The translations under genes were made by a program, and so were the position numbers. 64,000 nucleotides of DNA from Torpedo marmorata (Eukaryota): assembly GCA_977017645.1 (NCBI GenBank), contig OZ360230.1, positions 28,148,001 through 28,212,000 of the forward strand, written 5' to 3'. This document shows, piece by piece, positions 61,945 to 64,000 of the stretch (within the stretch, counting starts at the first letter, position 1; each line of letters starts with the position of its first letter). The notes beneath the pieces were generated by a model. It ran no database searches and had not been told where the DNA came from. It saw only the letters and a program-made list of their open reading frames with translations.

Positions 61945-62442
61945 TTCAAGGTTCAAGGTTCCTTCTTTCATTGTCACGTAATAATATATTAAAAATGTAA
62001 CATACATGATATACAGGTAGTCCCCGACTTACGACCTATGCGACTTACGACCATCCGTACATATGACTGAAAAAAAATACTGTATAAATTTTTTTTAAAA
62101 AGAAAAAAATATATGTAAATATAAAAATTACACTTTTGGGGTGAAAGTTGGGGACTATCTATGGAAAATAACGCCTATGGCAGGGGTGGCCAACCTCTCG
62201 CGAGAGCTGGCCTTGGTGGCCGCCATGTTGTATTTGACGAACGATAAAATGGATACAGTGAATTTCCGACTTACGTCCATTTCGAAATACGACCGGTCAG
62301 TCAGAACGGAACATGGTCGTAAGTTGAGGACTACCTGTATTTTAACTTTTGTCTGCCGTAAGGCAAACAAAGAATTGCCATGAGCCCGGCGCCCCAAACT
62401 ATAGGAGAAAGAGAAGCAAAAGAGAGTCCCTTTAGAATCACT
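61945..62442 (-). mobile_element. Retroposon 3' end sharing its tail with the 5S SINE, interrupted by a MITE
   Basis: cattgtcacgtaata...aatgtaacatacatga and tttgtctgccgtaaggca match 16805-16880. Confidence 0.65.
62014..62337. mobile_element. Tc1/mariner (Tigger/pogo-like) MITE
   Basis: 23-bp TIR CAGGTAGTCCCCGACTTACGACC with 2 mismatches at the other end; TA duplicated at 62012-62013 and 62338-62339. Confidence 0.85.
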
Positions 62443-63308
62443 GTGTGCTCAGCCCGCTCCTGTTCACATTACTGACCCACGACTGCATCGCCAGATCCAG
62501 TTCCAACAGTGTCATCAAATTTGCAGATGACACAACAGTAGTCGGCCTCATCAGCAACAACCATGAGTCACACTACAGAGAAGAGGTGGAAAATCTCGTG
62601 AAATGGTGTGAGAGAAACAATTTGAGATGATTGTGGACTTCAGGAGGACCATGAATGACCACCCTCCACTACACATCAACAACTCTGTAGTAGAGAGAGT
62701 GGAGAGCACCAAGTTCCTTAGAGTTCACTTAACTAGTGACCTACCGTGGACACTCAGCATCTCCTCACTTGTCAGGAAGGCGTAACAGCCACTGCACTTC
62801 CTGAGAAGACTGAAGCGGGCAAGGCTACCGGCCACCATCCCGTCAACCTTTTACAGGAGCTCGATCAAGAGCGTCCTGGCCGGCTGCATCACAGTGTGGT
62901 ACGGTTGCTGCAGGGAAATGGATCGGAGGTCAATCTACAGGACCATAAGAGTGGCAGAGAGTGGCACTGGAGTCTCCTTCCACCCCATCTTTCAGCTGCT
63001 CCCGTCGGGAAAGAGATACAGGAGTATCAGAGCCAGCACCACCAGGCTGAGGAACAGCTTCTTCCCACGGGCAGTGAGAATGCTGAACAACCAAAGGAAC
63101 TGCTCACACTAACCATCCGAGACTCTCATATTCATGAAATAATAATCTATTTATTTATTTGTATATATGAATACTTGTCCTGCATATGTATTGTTTGTCT
63201 GTATGTGTGTTATGTGTAGTTGTGTGTCTGTGTGTTTTGCTCCGAGGACTGGAGATGCTGTTTTGTCAGTTGTACTTGTGTAATCAGATGACAATAAACT
63301 TGACTTGA
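62443..63308 (+). mobile_element. Rex1 family B 3' fragment
   Basis: LSPLLFTLLTHDC...IKFADDTTVVGLIS, RLRNSFFPRAVRMLN; tail aataaacttgacttga. Confidence 0.88.
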
Positions 63309-63613
63309 GTTATCATTAGGTTTTCAAATGCATTATGTTCCATATATCCTGCTCTCAATAACGTTGCAATTTTTCTGTGCAATATGTGTAGCTCGTTTTA
63401 CTTGCTGTTTCGACTGAGGCATTTTTTTTGCAACAGGACCACAGCCAAAGTGAAATGTACAGTTCCCATTCTGCTTGCAGCACTCCAAAGTATTAAAAAA
63501 AACTTCTGGAGAATGCATAGCAATTGAATATGCAAAATAATCAGTCCACATGTTCCACTCTTTAATATGGGAAGGTAGCCATGATCAATCTTAATCAGAG
63601 AGAAATCTAATTG

Positions 63614-64000
63614 CAGTAAAACCCCTGGTATCCGGAATTCAAGCAACCAGCAAAAAAAAAAATCGAGGAAAATAAATTAAAAAAATTAAAAACATAAGAA
63701 TAAAATAATAGGTAAAAAAATATGTAAGTTTAAAATTGTAAAAGTAAATATTCTCTGAAGTAACACATACACCTTTGGTGAAGATGCGAGCAAATATTCA
63801 GCCAGCGGAGTGCCTTGGTCATGCTTTTCTTGCAGCAACTGCTTGAATAAAGTTGTGTGAACAGCAATGTTGTCGCACAGGATGAAGAGCTGGTTGATGC
63901 CGCTCACCGTTGGGGTGATTCTCTTAAAGTGTCTCCTTATTCCTGCTTAGTAAGAGTCACCCCGGTCAGAGTCTTGATCTGTAAACTTGGGGGAGGGGTC
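63614..64000. mobile_element. Probable Tigger-like DNA transposon end (runs out of window)
   Basis: CAGTAAAACCCCTGGTATCCGG resembles a pogo/Tigger TIR. The partner end is not in the window. Confidence 0.45.

Noticed and set aside
1-64000. CRISPR arrays, prokaryotic operons or defence systems
   Set aside because: The sequence is vertebrate; there are no regularly spaced repeat-spacer arrays or dense gene clusters.

Overview
Vertebrate genomic DNA, most likely a cartilaginous fish (elasmobranch-type CR1, Rex1, Penelope and tRNA-SINE repeats), centred on the single-exon Sox2 gene (CDS 31609-32541, minus strand). The Sox2 promoter, 5' UTR and 3' UTR closely resemble the mammalian gene as I recall it. 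Sox2 lies inside an approx. 35 kb block (about 8.1-43.5 kb) that is nearly free of transposons and keeps many CpGs despite being AT-rich, while both flanks are packed with retrotransposons and MITEs. Inside the block I see: (i) an apparent orthologue of the mammalian Oct4/Sox2 pluripotency enhancer SRR2 at the expected +3.8 kb, with the octamer and GGATTA intact but the Sox half-site broken by one base; (ii) two candidate exons of the overlapping lncRNA Sox2-OT (41808-42001 with canonical splice sites, and a 3' exon near 8.2-8.6 kb), which bracket the CpG-rich block; (iii) an N2/SRR1-like POU enhancer and many other motif-dense non-repetitive blocks. The flanks contain a Gypsy LTR remnant, several Rex1 LINEs, an L1 derivative lacking reverse transcriptase nested in a Rex1 copy, a 5S-derived SINE and MITEs. 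Comparisons with mammalian sequences are from memory and need alignment to confirm. Most short ORFs in the supplied track are spurious.
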